From assembly GCF_902728285.1 (NCBI RefSeq), contig NW_027103772.1, forward strand, positions 185,149-249,148: a stretch of DNA of 64,000 nt, written 5' to 3'. This document shows positions 1 to 10,619 of the stretch, one piece after another; the stretch's first letter is position 1, and every line of letters begins with the position of its first letter. The stretch comes from Clytia hemisphaerica (taxonomy: Eukaryota). The notes below the pieces were generated by a model that worked only from the letters and a program-made list of their open reading frames with translations, was not told the DNA's origin and made no database searches. The position numbers were made by a program, and so were the translations under genes.

Positions 1-439
1 TTGTTAAAAATGATCCTGAAATATTCTTACAGTATTCTTAGGTTTTGATCCTAACCCTGCCAAATTCTAACATTATAAAACATACCTCAAGTAAAAATTT
101 GGAACCTTTTAGCATTGCTGGGGAATAATTGGCAATTTAATGGTAGAATGCTCTAAAATTACATTCGTAGGTTCAGTTGCCAAATTCCATGATAGTGGTA
201 TTCTTAGCATATTCTTAACTTTTTGGCCAATCTCATCATAATATTCTTATAAAGTATATTCTTATTATATAAAGTATATTCTTATATAAAGTATATTCTT
301 ATCAAAAAAGCGTATACTATCGAGTTTATGTATCTATCCTTTGAGAAGTACGGAGGAGTGACACGAATGATTTGATCTGCAAAATGGAATTTAGGGACAT
401 CAGAAAATTTATGGAAATCTGCAAAACCATATTTCTCAA

Positions 440-1280
440 AGAAAGTCCAACATCACGAGAAAATCTTCTTGCTTGATGATTCAAATAAATCAAAACTTGT
501 TGATGATGAAGCCTCCATAGCAAAAATTTTAAAGGACTATTTTGTACATATTGCTTCCCATCTCGGCAAAACTTCAGAATGCAGTCTTCCAGAAGATTCT
601 GAAACCGATCCGCTTGAAAACCATCCTAGTATACTTCGCATCATCGAATCTCTATCTGCAAGCAAGTCTTTCTCTTTTAGCGAAGTACTCTCGGGTACCT
701 AATAGCCGCTCCCCCCCCCGCTAATTAATTTTTCGAAAATTTTCCACCCAGGACATTCTTATTCCTACACCGCTTATTAATTTTTGGGAAAATGTTTTTG
801 AAAGTTCCCTCTTTTGTCCTAATTCTGCTGTATTAGCCTCCTTTTCAAAAGATTTCCACCCAGGACATTTTTATTCCAATCCCCCCCCCCACTTATTAAG
901 TTTTGAGATTTTTTCCAACCCCCCCCCCCGCTTATTCCAAACCCTCCGGCTATTAGGTACCCGAGAGTAACTCCTGAAGATATCCATTGTATTATGCTCA
1001 AACTTAATCAAGATAAATCTGTCAGCGATCTTTCTACTTTTTCTAAAATATTTGAGAGAATTATGCACGACCAACTTCCATCCTACTTTGATGGCATTTT
1101 TGATTCGAGACTCTGTGGGTTTACAGCTAAGCACAGCACTCAACATGCTCTAATTCAAATGATTGGTCAATGGTATCAAAGTCTTGATGGGTCCGGGAAG
1201 GTGGGAGCAGTACTGATGGACTTATCAAAGGCTTTTGAAAATTTTTTGATTTTTTGTTCTTACCGAGTCTCAAATTGACC
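440..1280 (+). mobile_element. Non-LTR (CR1/L2-like) LINE ORF2 fragment with the start of the RT domain. It is interrupted at 688-967 by a Stowaway-like MITE.
   Basis: ORFs 469-702 and 994-1278 read ...KILKDYFVHIASHLG...SFSEV | TPEDIHCIMLKLNQDKS...GFTAKHSTQHALIQ...LMDLSKAFE, which are RT motifs 0-2. Removing the insert restores the frame as gaa GTA act = S-E-V-T-P-E. Confidence 0.7.
688..967. mobile_element. Stowaway-like (Tc1/mariner-derived) MITE with TA target-site duplication. TIR is CTCTCGGGTACCTAATAGCCG.
   Basis: Left TIR ctctcgggtacctaatagccg and right TIR cggctattaggtacccgagag are perfectly inverted. TA lies at 686-687 and 968-969. A second copy sits at 36412-36637. Confidence 0.75.
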
Positions 1281-1658
1281 AAACATTCATATTTGACAGG
1301 TCCACTTTTCCACAGGGTCCACTACTCCAGTCCCCATCGGTCGTCAGTGCCCCCTCCCCCTACTCCGAGGCTCACTCTATTTCGCATGGCAGGAAAAAAA
1401 GAGGGTATACTTCAAGCGAATATAATAATAGCCAATGATAAATGAAAAAACGTTTTTATACAAAACTATTTGACGTCGATTTGGACAAAAATATTTTGGC
1501 GATTTGGCTTGGAAATAGGTTGGCGTAAATGGGGCCATCTGATAAGTTGAATTTGGCCTAAAATGTATAGACTTAGGCGCTTGGTCGAAGAAGATTGAGT
1601 TCTTGATTCAATCAATGGGATGAGAGGGTTCTCAGTTCTTTGATCCAGAAGTTTTCTC

Positions 1659-1929
1659 CCCCGGGGGGTACTACCCTTACCGACAGACGGAGGTGCTCCG
1701 CTGAGGTTCGAAAAATGGACCCTACGTGGGACACGAAATTTGCAAAAAAAGTGACCCTGAATGGGACTGAAATTCCAAAATTTTCCAAAAGGCACCCTAA
1801 GAAGGACTGACTTTTTTATTTTAGTGTTTTTGCAACCATACATGGGCCTGGTAGAGATGAAAAAAGGTACCCTGGCCAGCGGCGCATTCACGTAACCTAT
1901 TTTGCCCTAGTGTACCCCGGGTTTTCTCT
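1659..1929. mobile_element. hAT-like MITE with 8-bp TSD GTTTTCTC. TIR is CCCCGGGGGGTAC...GTACCCCGGG.
   Basis: Identical 8-mer gttttctc lies at 1651-1658 and 1930-1937. Termini are inverted. A homologous copy sits at 9952-10257 with TSD GGCCCAAC. Confidence 0.7.
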
Positions 1930-3589
1930 CTGTAGTATTGTCCGTTTCATTTTTTTCAATATCAGTCTCGATAATCCGTTCGATGATGGTGAACTTCAAA
2001 CGGTTAGGTATTAGAAAACCTGTTAAATAAAAAAGTTGCCTTATTGAGTTGTAAAGGAGGTTTTATCTCCAACGGTTGTTGGCGTGATGGAGGGTTTTTC
2101 CTGGCGCTATGACGCGGATTTTATAGCTCATCGGGCAATTTCGTTTTGTATCCATATAAGGGAGGGGGTGGACGAACTTTACCAATTGGTTAAATCTGAT
2201 AAGAACTTCCAGGGGGCTTAAGTTATTCTAAAGCTACCAGGGGGTAAAGAATTTAGTTCACCCCCTCATTCAAGATATTAAGATGAATTATTCAAAGGGT
2301 TTTTTTGAAAATTTTGCAATTTTCCAGGGGGTTTAGATTATTAGTAAAATGAAGGCAGGTACACCCAGTGTAAAATTTTCTCAAAGGCAAATTTTGAAAT
2401 ATGCATTGGCCAAAAATGCAATTTTGGGTTATTTTGGGGGTGATGTATTGAAATTGATCTCGAAATCAGTTTGCACATTGTGAATTAAGTGAAATGGGGT
2501 GATGGTCCTTGTCAAAATTATCAGAAATCAATTAGTACTCATAATGTTCCGGAGTTACTGCCTGACCACTCCCTGGGCATCCACACATTTATGGAGGTTA
2601 TTAAGGTTTGTCTACACCCCTGTGAGGATATTAAATGGAAGAGCCCATTGCTTGAACTAAATTAAAGTATTTTTTTCAAAAAATTCTCCCCTGCCCAGCC
2701 CCAACCACGGTGGACAACTTCTGAGACTTATTCTCTGCAAAGGGGAAGGTACAAGATATAATTGTAATAATTTCTTTCCAAGGCAAATTCACTTTAGATT
2801 CCTTCTTGGAGTGAACACCAAGCAAAACCAAGAAAGTTCCTGGATGTACCCAATAGAGCTATTTTTTGGCATATTAATTTAATGGGATCACTCAGGGGGG
2901 GGGGTTGGAATAAAAATGTCATGGGTGGAAATGTTTAGCGGGGGGACGCAAAAATTCAGTCCCATTTTGGAAATTTGGAAGGTGTTATCAGCAGGGGTAG
3001 GGTAGGGCGTCAACAGTCATTTTTTGGGCAAAATCAAAAAGTTCAAGATGTAGTGTTTTTTATGAAAATTTAACCTATTGTGAGGCATTCTGCGCAATTT
3101 TTAAGGTCAGAAGTCTAAAATTGGCCGAACCCCCCTGGGGGTACTGATTCACACTGGAAAAATGGCATTTTCTGGCCTTTTCAGGCCTGTACATATGTCT
3201 AAACTATATTGCAAATCTTAGTTTTTTCATTTGCTGTACTAAATTTTATGAAGAAACAAAAAAATAATCATATTGGGTTGAAAATTGTGCCCATTAGAGC
3301 CCTAAACGAGCCGTTTTAAGCCAATTTTGGGTAGCAAAATGCTTTTTAAAGGCCAATTTTGCAAGTTCATAAACTTTAAACTGATTAATTTAACTAATTA
3401 ATGTCTGAAATTTTCAGAGATGGGAGTCTTCAATCAAGTCTTTAAACAAAATGAACTTCAAGGTTTTCACTTTTTTCAAAAATTCATAATGTCTTCAAAA
3501 ATCGCTTTTTAGCAAAAAAAAAATCATATTTATCAAAAAATAGCATTTTAAAGGCAAGCTTCTGTACAAACTGAGTTTGAATGCTGACT

Positions 3590-4010
3590 GAAATTTTTTT
3601 TGTAGTGATAGTATACTGGAGATACTCCAGGGAAATCAAAATCATTTGGGTCTGGGATGCCTCTATGTCCACCATTATGGAACTAAAATCCCTGCTAATA
3701 GCCATTTTTCAGGCAAGAACCCAAATTTGGACTGAAACAATCTCTAAAATGACAATGGACATGGGCCCGAACTTTCTCGCAGTGATAGTATTCTGAAAAT
3801 ACTGCAGGAAAATCAAAGTCATCTGGGTTTGGGATTTGGGTATATCCCCAATTTTGGAATTGAAATTCCTGCTAAAACGCAATATTTCAAGCAAAAATCC
3901 TATTTTTGACTGGAAAAATTTAAAAAATGGCAATAAACATGAACCTAAAATCTTTTTGCAGTGATAGTCTTCTGGAAATACTCCAGGGAAATCAAAATCC
4001 ACTTTTTGAT
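3590..4010. repeat. Tandem array (satellite) of a roughly 190-bp unit, about 2.3 copies. A further copy continues at 5225-5420 on the other side of an inserted element.
   Basis: The motif cagtgatagt(a/c)ttctg(g/a)aaatactccagggaaatcaaa..tttgggtatatcc..ttgaaattcctgctaa recurs head-to-tail. Confidence 0.7.
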
Positions 4011-4175
4011 AAATAACGAGATTGCTCACGGGAATTTTTTGACCCGCATTCCGCGCGATCGTGTTTAATCGCCCGCGCGTATACGCTCTGTGAATTCTGT
4101 CTGCTGTATATGGGTACTGTATACTAGAAAAAGCTCCTCTCTTCATTCTTTTGAGAATTCAAGGAGATTGGAGAG

Positions 4176-4491
4176 TGTCGTAACCACAGATATCTGTAAA
4201 GCCCGAAGGGCTAGATAGGCAACTTTAAGCTTTCTCCAGCAAAAAAAAGTGAAGCAAAAATTTGACTTTTTAAATTTCGTGCCGATGGATAGGATCTAGC
4301 ATTTTAATTGTTTTCGGAGCGCGAGATCAAAAAAAGTAGGCGGCAAACGCTATTTCACATCTCTCAAACCGGTGAAATTGCATATTTTAGTCACGTGACT
4401 TTGGTAGGAAATCCTTCCAAACCTATGCTTCACTTTTCGATAAAAGCTGCAAATCTAGCCCTTCGGGCTTTACAGATCTGTGGTCGTAACC
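4176..4491. mobile_element. MITE with roughly 35-bp TIR GGTTACGACCACAGATCTGTAAAGCCCGAAGGGCTAG.
   Basis: The termini are perfectly inverted. A second copy sits at 41476-41775. A diverged relative (TIR TATAAAGCCCAAAGGGCT) sits at 47318-47565. Confidence 0.7.
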
Positions 4492-4689
4492 CCCCAGATG
4501 GAAATTCTAATTTTAAAGGCACTAGCAGGGTTTACAACCCGTTTGCTGCAGTCCCACTAAAGACTAAAGAGTCCTGAAAATCCCCTGAAAATCTCGATCA
4601 GGCTCCCGCCTGTTGGAAATGATCTAAAATCATTTGTTTAAGAAGTTAAATAAAATTAGAAAGGTCATGGCAAATAAAGAGATCATTAT

Positions 4690-4800
4690 TCTGCGATTAA
4701 TTAATCTTAAGTGGTCGAGTGGATAAGGCGTTGAGATGGCACATACTGTATGTGAAAGTCGTTTTTGAGAGTTCGAATCCTATACGGTGCGTTGAAGTTT
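4690..4800 (+). ncRNA. tRNA-like or SINE-like segment with a GTTCGAATCC T-loop-like box. No convincing cloverleaf.
   Basis: ggtcgagtggataaggcg ... gagagttcgaatcctatac. B-box-like motif only. Confidence 0.15.
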
Positions 4801-5789
4801 GTGTTATTTTGTCAACATTGACCAACCTTTTTCTGTTTTTATGAGCTCTTTCTTGTTGATATTTTTGGAAATTCCTGTTATATTTTTAAGAAACAAAAAT
4901 TTTATAAGTAGTGTCACCTCAGTGCAGTTTGACTCATGTACAGTATTTCAAAATGGATCAGGTTGGTTAGTGGGTGGAGAGTCAAGAGTCAAGAGTTATG
5001 ACTTTCCCTTCTCTTGAAAATCAAGTATTCCAAAACTTTGAACTAAAAAAATTGCATAAAAATAGACTTTCGTCTTTTTTTATTATCTTACAAACACTTT
5101 TTTCGAAACCACAAGTGAAAAGAAAAGCAGATAAAAATGATTGACAGGTCTAAAAAATGATTGACAGGTGCTGGTTTGCTCGCGCGGGTTAGAAATTCCC
5201 GTGAGCAATCTCGTTATTTATCAGCATGTCAAAATCCTTTGGTTCTAGCATTTGGGTATATCCGCCCTTATGGGATTGAAATTCCTGCTAACACTGGCTA
5301 AAAAGCAACATTTCGAGCAAAAACCCAATTTTTGACTAAAAACCTCTCTTCAATGGCAATAGTTTTGGACCCAAAATCTTTTAACAGTGATAGTGTTCTG
5401 TAAATACTCCAGGGGTAAAAACTATTTATGTATAAGATGCTTCTGGGAGCATAATTGCTCCGGCCTAGGAGCCTTTAATTCTCTCTTCCGACAATCGTCA
5501 AGACATTTTTTGTCTGTTTATCTAATCCGATGATCTATTCCGATTTAACAAAAACGGATCACTGATTCCGATAATACTGTGATTTGATTGGCCGAAAAGT
5601 ATTTAGAAAAAGATGGCTATCGAAAGGTCGTGGACTGGTGAGCTGTGAATACTGGCAAATCTCAGTGAAAAATTGATCATTTTCATCCTTATTCATGATG
5701 TTTTGGACATGATTTATGAGAAGTTTGATGGTGCGTTGTACGTTGTACTGCTACTGTATACTGAATTCAAATATTAAGGGAAGAAATTT

Positions 5790-6235
5790 TCGCGAGAAAA
5801 AATTTTCGCGGAATTTAATTTCGCGAATCAGAGTTTCAAAATGGCAAATTTCGCGGAATTTAATTTCGCGAATGAGCCGATTTCAAAAGTTTCACGGAAT
5901 TTAATTTCGCGATTGAGAAGTAGTTATCAACTTAGATTAACTTTTAAGCATCACGGAGTTGTTTATATTTGTTTATATTTGATAAAAAATCCACGTTATA
6001 ATGCTTAAAAATCAATTGTGTCCATCTTTTTTGGTAACACCTGGTCAAAAACAACAAAATAAAAGAAGAAGAAAAAATATCGAATTTCGCGGAATTTAAT
6101 TTCGCGATTTAACAATTTTGGTGTGTTTCGCGGAATTTATTTTCGCGAATTATGCCCCAATTCGCGAAATTAAATTCCGCGAAAATTTCTTCCGCGAACA
6201 TTTCTTCTCGCGAAAATTTCTTCCCTTAAGGTACG
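5790..6235. repeat. Palindromic satellite. The unit CGCGAAATTAAATTCCGCG (a perfect palindrome) and its extension TTCGCGGAATTTAATTTCGCGA are repeated at least 8 times.
   Basis: Many copies of ttcgcggaatttaatttcgcga occur at 5797-5930 and 6080-6200. It is absent from duplication copy 2. Confidence 0.7.
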
Positions 6236-6805
6236 TGTGTTTCTCATGATTTTATGCTGTAAAAATGATCTATTTTGGACTTTTGGTCATTTTTCATGAT
6301 GATATAATTGGTGGTTGTCCCTTTTGGATTTTCAAACTTGACAATGAAACTTTCAAACACACAGCCATTGATACACAGTATTTTTTGTGGTGTTATGTAT
6401 GGCTGAAAATGATCCTGTTTTGGACACTGTTATTGTCGTATTCATCATCGCTCGGCTGGCGACCGTTCCTTTTGATTTTTCAAACCCGACACATATCACA
6501 TAACACATATCACTATGAGAATTCAGTAGAGGATACTAAAACACAATTCCTGTGTAAATTTGAACAAGATCGGAGAAATTTTCACAGTGTTATAACTGAA
6601 AATGATATTTTTTGGACTTTGTCGTAATTTCATTGGCTGGGCGATCGTTCCTTTTGAATTTTTCAAACGCGAAACAGGTTTTTTCCAAATATAACACTAT
6701 TTATTACATACACACTATTGAACCATTTTATTTGGTTTATCCTACTCTTCTCCAAGTATTATCCCAGCAGAAAAAATAATGCTTAGCTAAAAACCCGTGG
6801 CTTAA

Positions 6806-7816
6806 TGGGATAAACTTTTGCGGGGATTAAATTTTGCTGATTTCGCGGATTTGGGTGTCATCCACGAAATTAAGTCTCAATGGAAATTTGGAAAGGCCTC
6901 ATCCGCGAAATATTTCTAAACAAAACTCAAAATTTGTCAAACAAATACTTTTTGAATGTTTACTAAAGTCTGTTCACGATAAGTGTGCACTCTTTTTTCT
7001 TTTACCTATAACTTTTGAAGGAATTCTTCAATCTTTATAAATTTGGTATTGTTGGAGAGATATTTGTGAGTGGAACAATTTGAAATAAAAAAGTCTTTAA
7101 AAAAATTCTAAAAACGAAGATGAAAATGAAGAAGAAAAAAATGAAGATCTTGTAGAAAAGTGCTATAACTTTCATTTTCACTGGAGAGAATTTTTGATCT
7201 TAGGAGGTCATCACTGTTAAAAAAATTTACTAAAATATTTATTCAATATAAAGTTATGATACAAAGTTAATAAGTGGTTGACCCCAAAAAACAGCAAAAA
7301 ACAGCAGAAAACAGCGTTTTTAGACGTCAATCAGCTTATAACTTTGCTTGATATCTTTTGACTGAATGATTATTTTTGAGAAATTTTTTCACAGTGATAA
7401 TGTTCGATAATCAAGGACTCACTTCAGTGAAAATGATAGTTATAGCACCTTTCTACAAGATCTTCCTTTTTTTCTTCTTCATTTTCATCTTCGTTTTTAG
7501 AATTTTTTTAAAGATTTTTTTATTTCAAATTGTTCCACTCACTAACATCTTTCCAATGATACCAAATTTATAAAAATTGAAGAATTCCTTCAAAAGTTAT
7601 AGGTAAATGAAAAAAGAGTGCACACTTATCGTGAATAGACTTTAGCATCAAAGAAGTGCTAATAATGTGTATTTCAACAACCAAAATGCACGATTTGACA
7701 GTTAAGTCACAAAATCGTGAAAATATTGCCACCCGCGAAATTAAGTCCCTGCAAAATTTTTAAATTTCGCGGGTAGGCCCAATCGTGAAATTAAATCCTC
7801 GCGAAAGTTTATCCCA
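6806..7816. mobile_element. TTAA-flanked foldback element of about 1 kb with roughly 350-bp inverted arms. Terminal TIR is TGGGATAAACTTT(T/C)GCGG.
   Basis: TTAA at 6802-6805 and 7817-7820. Arms at 6806-7150 and 7420-7816 are reverse complements. The element is absent from the paralogous copy at about 15245. Confidence 0.7.
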
Positions 7817-9951
7817 TTAACGAAATTTTATCCGGACAATCAAATCAACGGCGCATCATTGCTTCGCTATTAGCAAGTTTAGAAAGAAATAAATTTATAA
7901 GAACTTGGAAATATTGACTTCTAAATGTTTAGCTCCAATTTTGAACTTTTTAGTTGAGGATGAGTGGGCGGGGGATGGGCTTGGTTATTTAAGCAAGAAA
8001 GTGCATGTGTAATCACTTAGAAGAGCTAAACTTCCAGCTGGTTTATTTATTCGAACCTTTAGCCGCCGAGAGACGTACCACGTACGTCATATATACAGGC
8101 CGAGAGACGTACCACGTACGTTTTGATACTGGGGTCGTTTCAAAGTTTAATAAAATAAAGACCAGTTTGAATTTTTCTATTCTGTAAAATTTAGCAGACA
8201 GGATAGGGGTGAAGGTTCATTTTTTAAAAATTTTACGGGTCCTGCTTTTATACATCTCGAGATATCGGAACTCAATGTCGGTGTATTTTTCAAATGTCAA
8301 CAAAACGTCGTTTTAGTGGTGGACAGAGGGTGTTTGATGGATTTTTGGACTGAAAAGTCATGTTTATGTCTGGTTTTTTCTTGGTTTCAGTATATAAATA
8401 TCATTATATGAGATAGAGAACCTTTATTGGCAGTTTCTATGTGGTTTGAAGGGGTTTAAGGGGGTATTTCCTGACATACATGCCTATCTCTAGCTCCAAC
8501 AACTCAGGGCTGTTTTGCCTCAGTTTTTCGACTATTCTGGTGTTTTATTGCTTGAATTTACATGATAGAGAGTCTGTTATGATTATTGTAGTAATTTTAC
8601 AGGCTTAGGGTAAGTGCAGGGCCAATTTTAGAGCAACGGGACCACTTATTTTACCTGTTGTGGCCAGAGTGTCGATTTTGGTGGAAAAGTGTGCTTCACC
8701 GAAACTTAGATTCTGAGATGAAATGAGCTTCTTCAGCCCTGAAATTTCACACAATGGTGGCTTATAACATAAACTAAAACAAAATAATTTTTCTGGGACC
8801 AATCTTTACCTTGTACCCACTTTTTTCATTCAATTTGTCAAAAAAAAGAAAAAAAGTGAAAAAATCGTAAACATGGAATTTTTACTGTTTTGATTTGAGG
8901 CTGTGTAGTCAGGTTTAAAAGGGTGATGAGGCGTCTTTTTGGTATTATCTGAAAAAATAGATCCTTAGCTTTTCAAAATGGGTTTACTTTTTACTTAAGC
9001 TTTAGCGGTTCAGATTTTATGACATTTTCCGCGAAACCTCCATTTTCATGAAAAAAACAGCGGCAGCAGCGCGCGCTGTTTTTAAAAACAGCGGTGTCTA
9101 AAGGTTAAGATTATTTCTCATACTCGCTCTGCAATAGATTTATTGCTTTGCTTTCTGATCTGTTCTGATTAGTAGTTTGTGGGCAACGTTCGAACACAAC
9201 TAACTCAACAAGCTCATCTTTCACATCTTTTAATCTCTAAAGCCGGAGCTTCCAGCGCAGCTGGTTTATTGTTCTTTTAATAGCGTTCTAATAATAAATA
9301 AATAAAATTTTATTCGTGCTAGCAAGGACTTCATCTTATAGTCCTGTAGAATTAATTAGAATTGAATTTCTGTCCGACCCGAGTTAGTAGTTTTACCTGT
9401 AACGCCAGTCTTTTGGGCATAGAGGTTTTGGAACAACTAATTAGCAGTCCTAATTAGCAGGCCTCGCAAAAAAGTCTTTAAACCCTATCTTTCGAACTCG
9501 TTATATGCGGTTACTTTCCACGAAAGATTTTTAATAATCTCTCAGTCCATTTAAGGCTTGGTCATAGACAAACTCTTGTTTATTCAACTTATTCACATTG
9601 TTTTTCATAAAAAGCTACTCGGCTTTATGAAGCTTGATTATCAGAGCACCGTTGCCTTTAATTAAAAACAAAATATTGCTGTTTTTCATCTAACACACAA
9701 AATGTAAAGGATAAATGAAAAACATTAACCAACTAATTTGTTCATTAAACTGTCTTTAGGGACGGGCTCAGGAAACCACAAAGACACAAAATCAACCATG
9801 ATACAAAGGATAACAAGGAATGACGATTCAAAATCGAATTTTGATGTATAAATCGTCGCTGTAGAATAAAAAGGCGTTATTTCCATTTTTGCTGTCGACA
9901 TGTTTTCCCGGAATATGGCGCACCGTAGCTAGTCATATTTTTGTATCATGG

Positions 9952-10257
9952 GCCCAACCCCGGGGGGGGTACTACCCTTGTCGACCGACGGGGGTGCTCC
10001 GCTGAGGTTCGAAAAATGGACCCTACGTGGGACTCGAAATTTGCGAAAAAAGTGACCCTGAATGGGACTGAAATTCCAAAATTTTCTACTTTTTCCCCAA
10101 ATTTTCTAAAAAAAGGCACCCTACGAGGGACTGATTTTTCTATTTTGGTGTTTTTGCGACCCCACCTGGGACTCGTGGAGGTTGAAAAAGGTACCCTGAC
10201 CAGCGGAGCATCCCCGTAACCCATTTTGCCCTAGTACCCCCCCCGGGGGCCCAACAC
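9952..10257. mobile_element. hAT-like MITE with 8-bp TSD GGCCCAAC, same family as 1659-1929.
   Basis: ggcccaac flanks both ends, at 9944-9951 and 10258-10265. TIR is CCCGGGGGGGGTAC/GTACCCCCCCCGGG. Confidence 0.75.
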
Positions 10258-10619
10258 TAAGCTTTTTAATTATGTTTTTTTCTGCTTATTCTTGATATTC
10301 ATGACGTAATCTTTTATACGAAACACACGAAAAACTATTTCTGTTATTATGGAGATGAGAAAAATTTATCTCAAGAGCAAAAAAATATTGTAAAAATATA
10401 AACAAAATTTCTTAAAATTTTATGGCCTGGGGAGCCAAAAAATAAAAAATAAAAAAATTCAAAAATTGGACTCCTTTTTATTCTATAGCGACGAAATATT
10501 GTTATTATTGAAAGAGGATTGGAATCAAGTTTTAAAAGGGGTGAATGTCAAATGGTTCCAGATTGGATTGAGTCATTTCATGTAATCAGTTTAAAAAGAC
10601 AAATAATTTTTTTTCTAAA

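Larger units (their letters stand above)
4013..5222. mobile_element. TIR element of about 1.2 kb inserted into the 190-bp satellite. TIR is AAATAACGAGATTGCTCACGGGAAT. A nested MITE sits at 4176-4491.
   Basis: 4013-4045 gataaataacgagattgctcacgggaat is reverse-complemented at 5190-5222. Satellite units resume in the same orientation on both sides. Confidence 0.5.
5440..9260. repeat. Segmental duplication, copy 1 (paralogous block). Copy 2 is at 14150-15690.
   Basis: Collinear matches: 5440-5730 with 14150-14445; 6340-6790 with 14570-15250; 7820-8060 with 15275-15520; 9108-9260 with 15520-15690. Identity is roughly 85-95%. Copy 1 carries extra insertions. Confidence 0.75.

Noticed and set aside
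4690-4800. Possible tRNA gene (GTTCGAATCC T-loop box).
   Set aside because: I could not build acceptor, D and anticodon stems. It is more likely a tRNA-derived SINE remnant.
9941-10224. Overlapping sense and antisense ORFs of 92 aa.
   Set aside because: They lie wholly within a MITE (9952-10257) that recurs at 1659-1929. The ORFs are open on both strands because of the palindromic G/C-rich termini. They are not coding.
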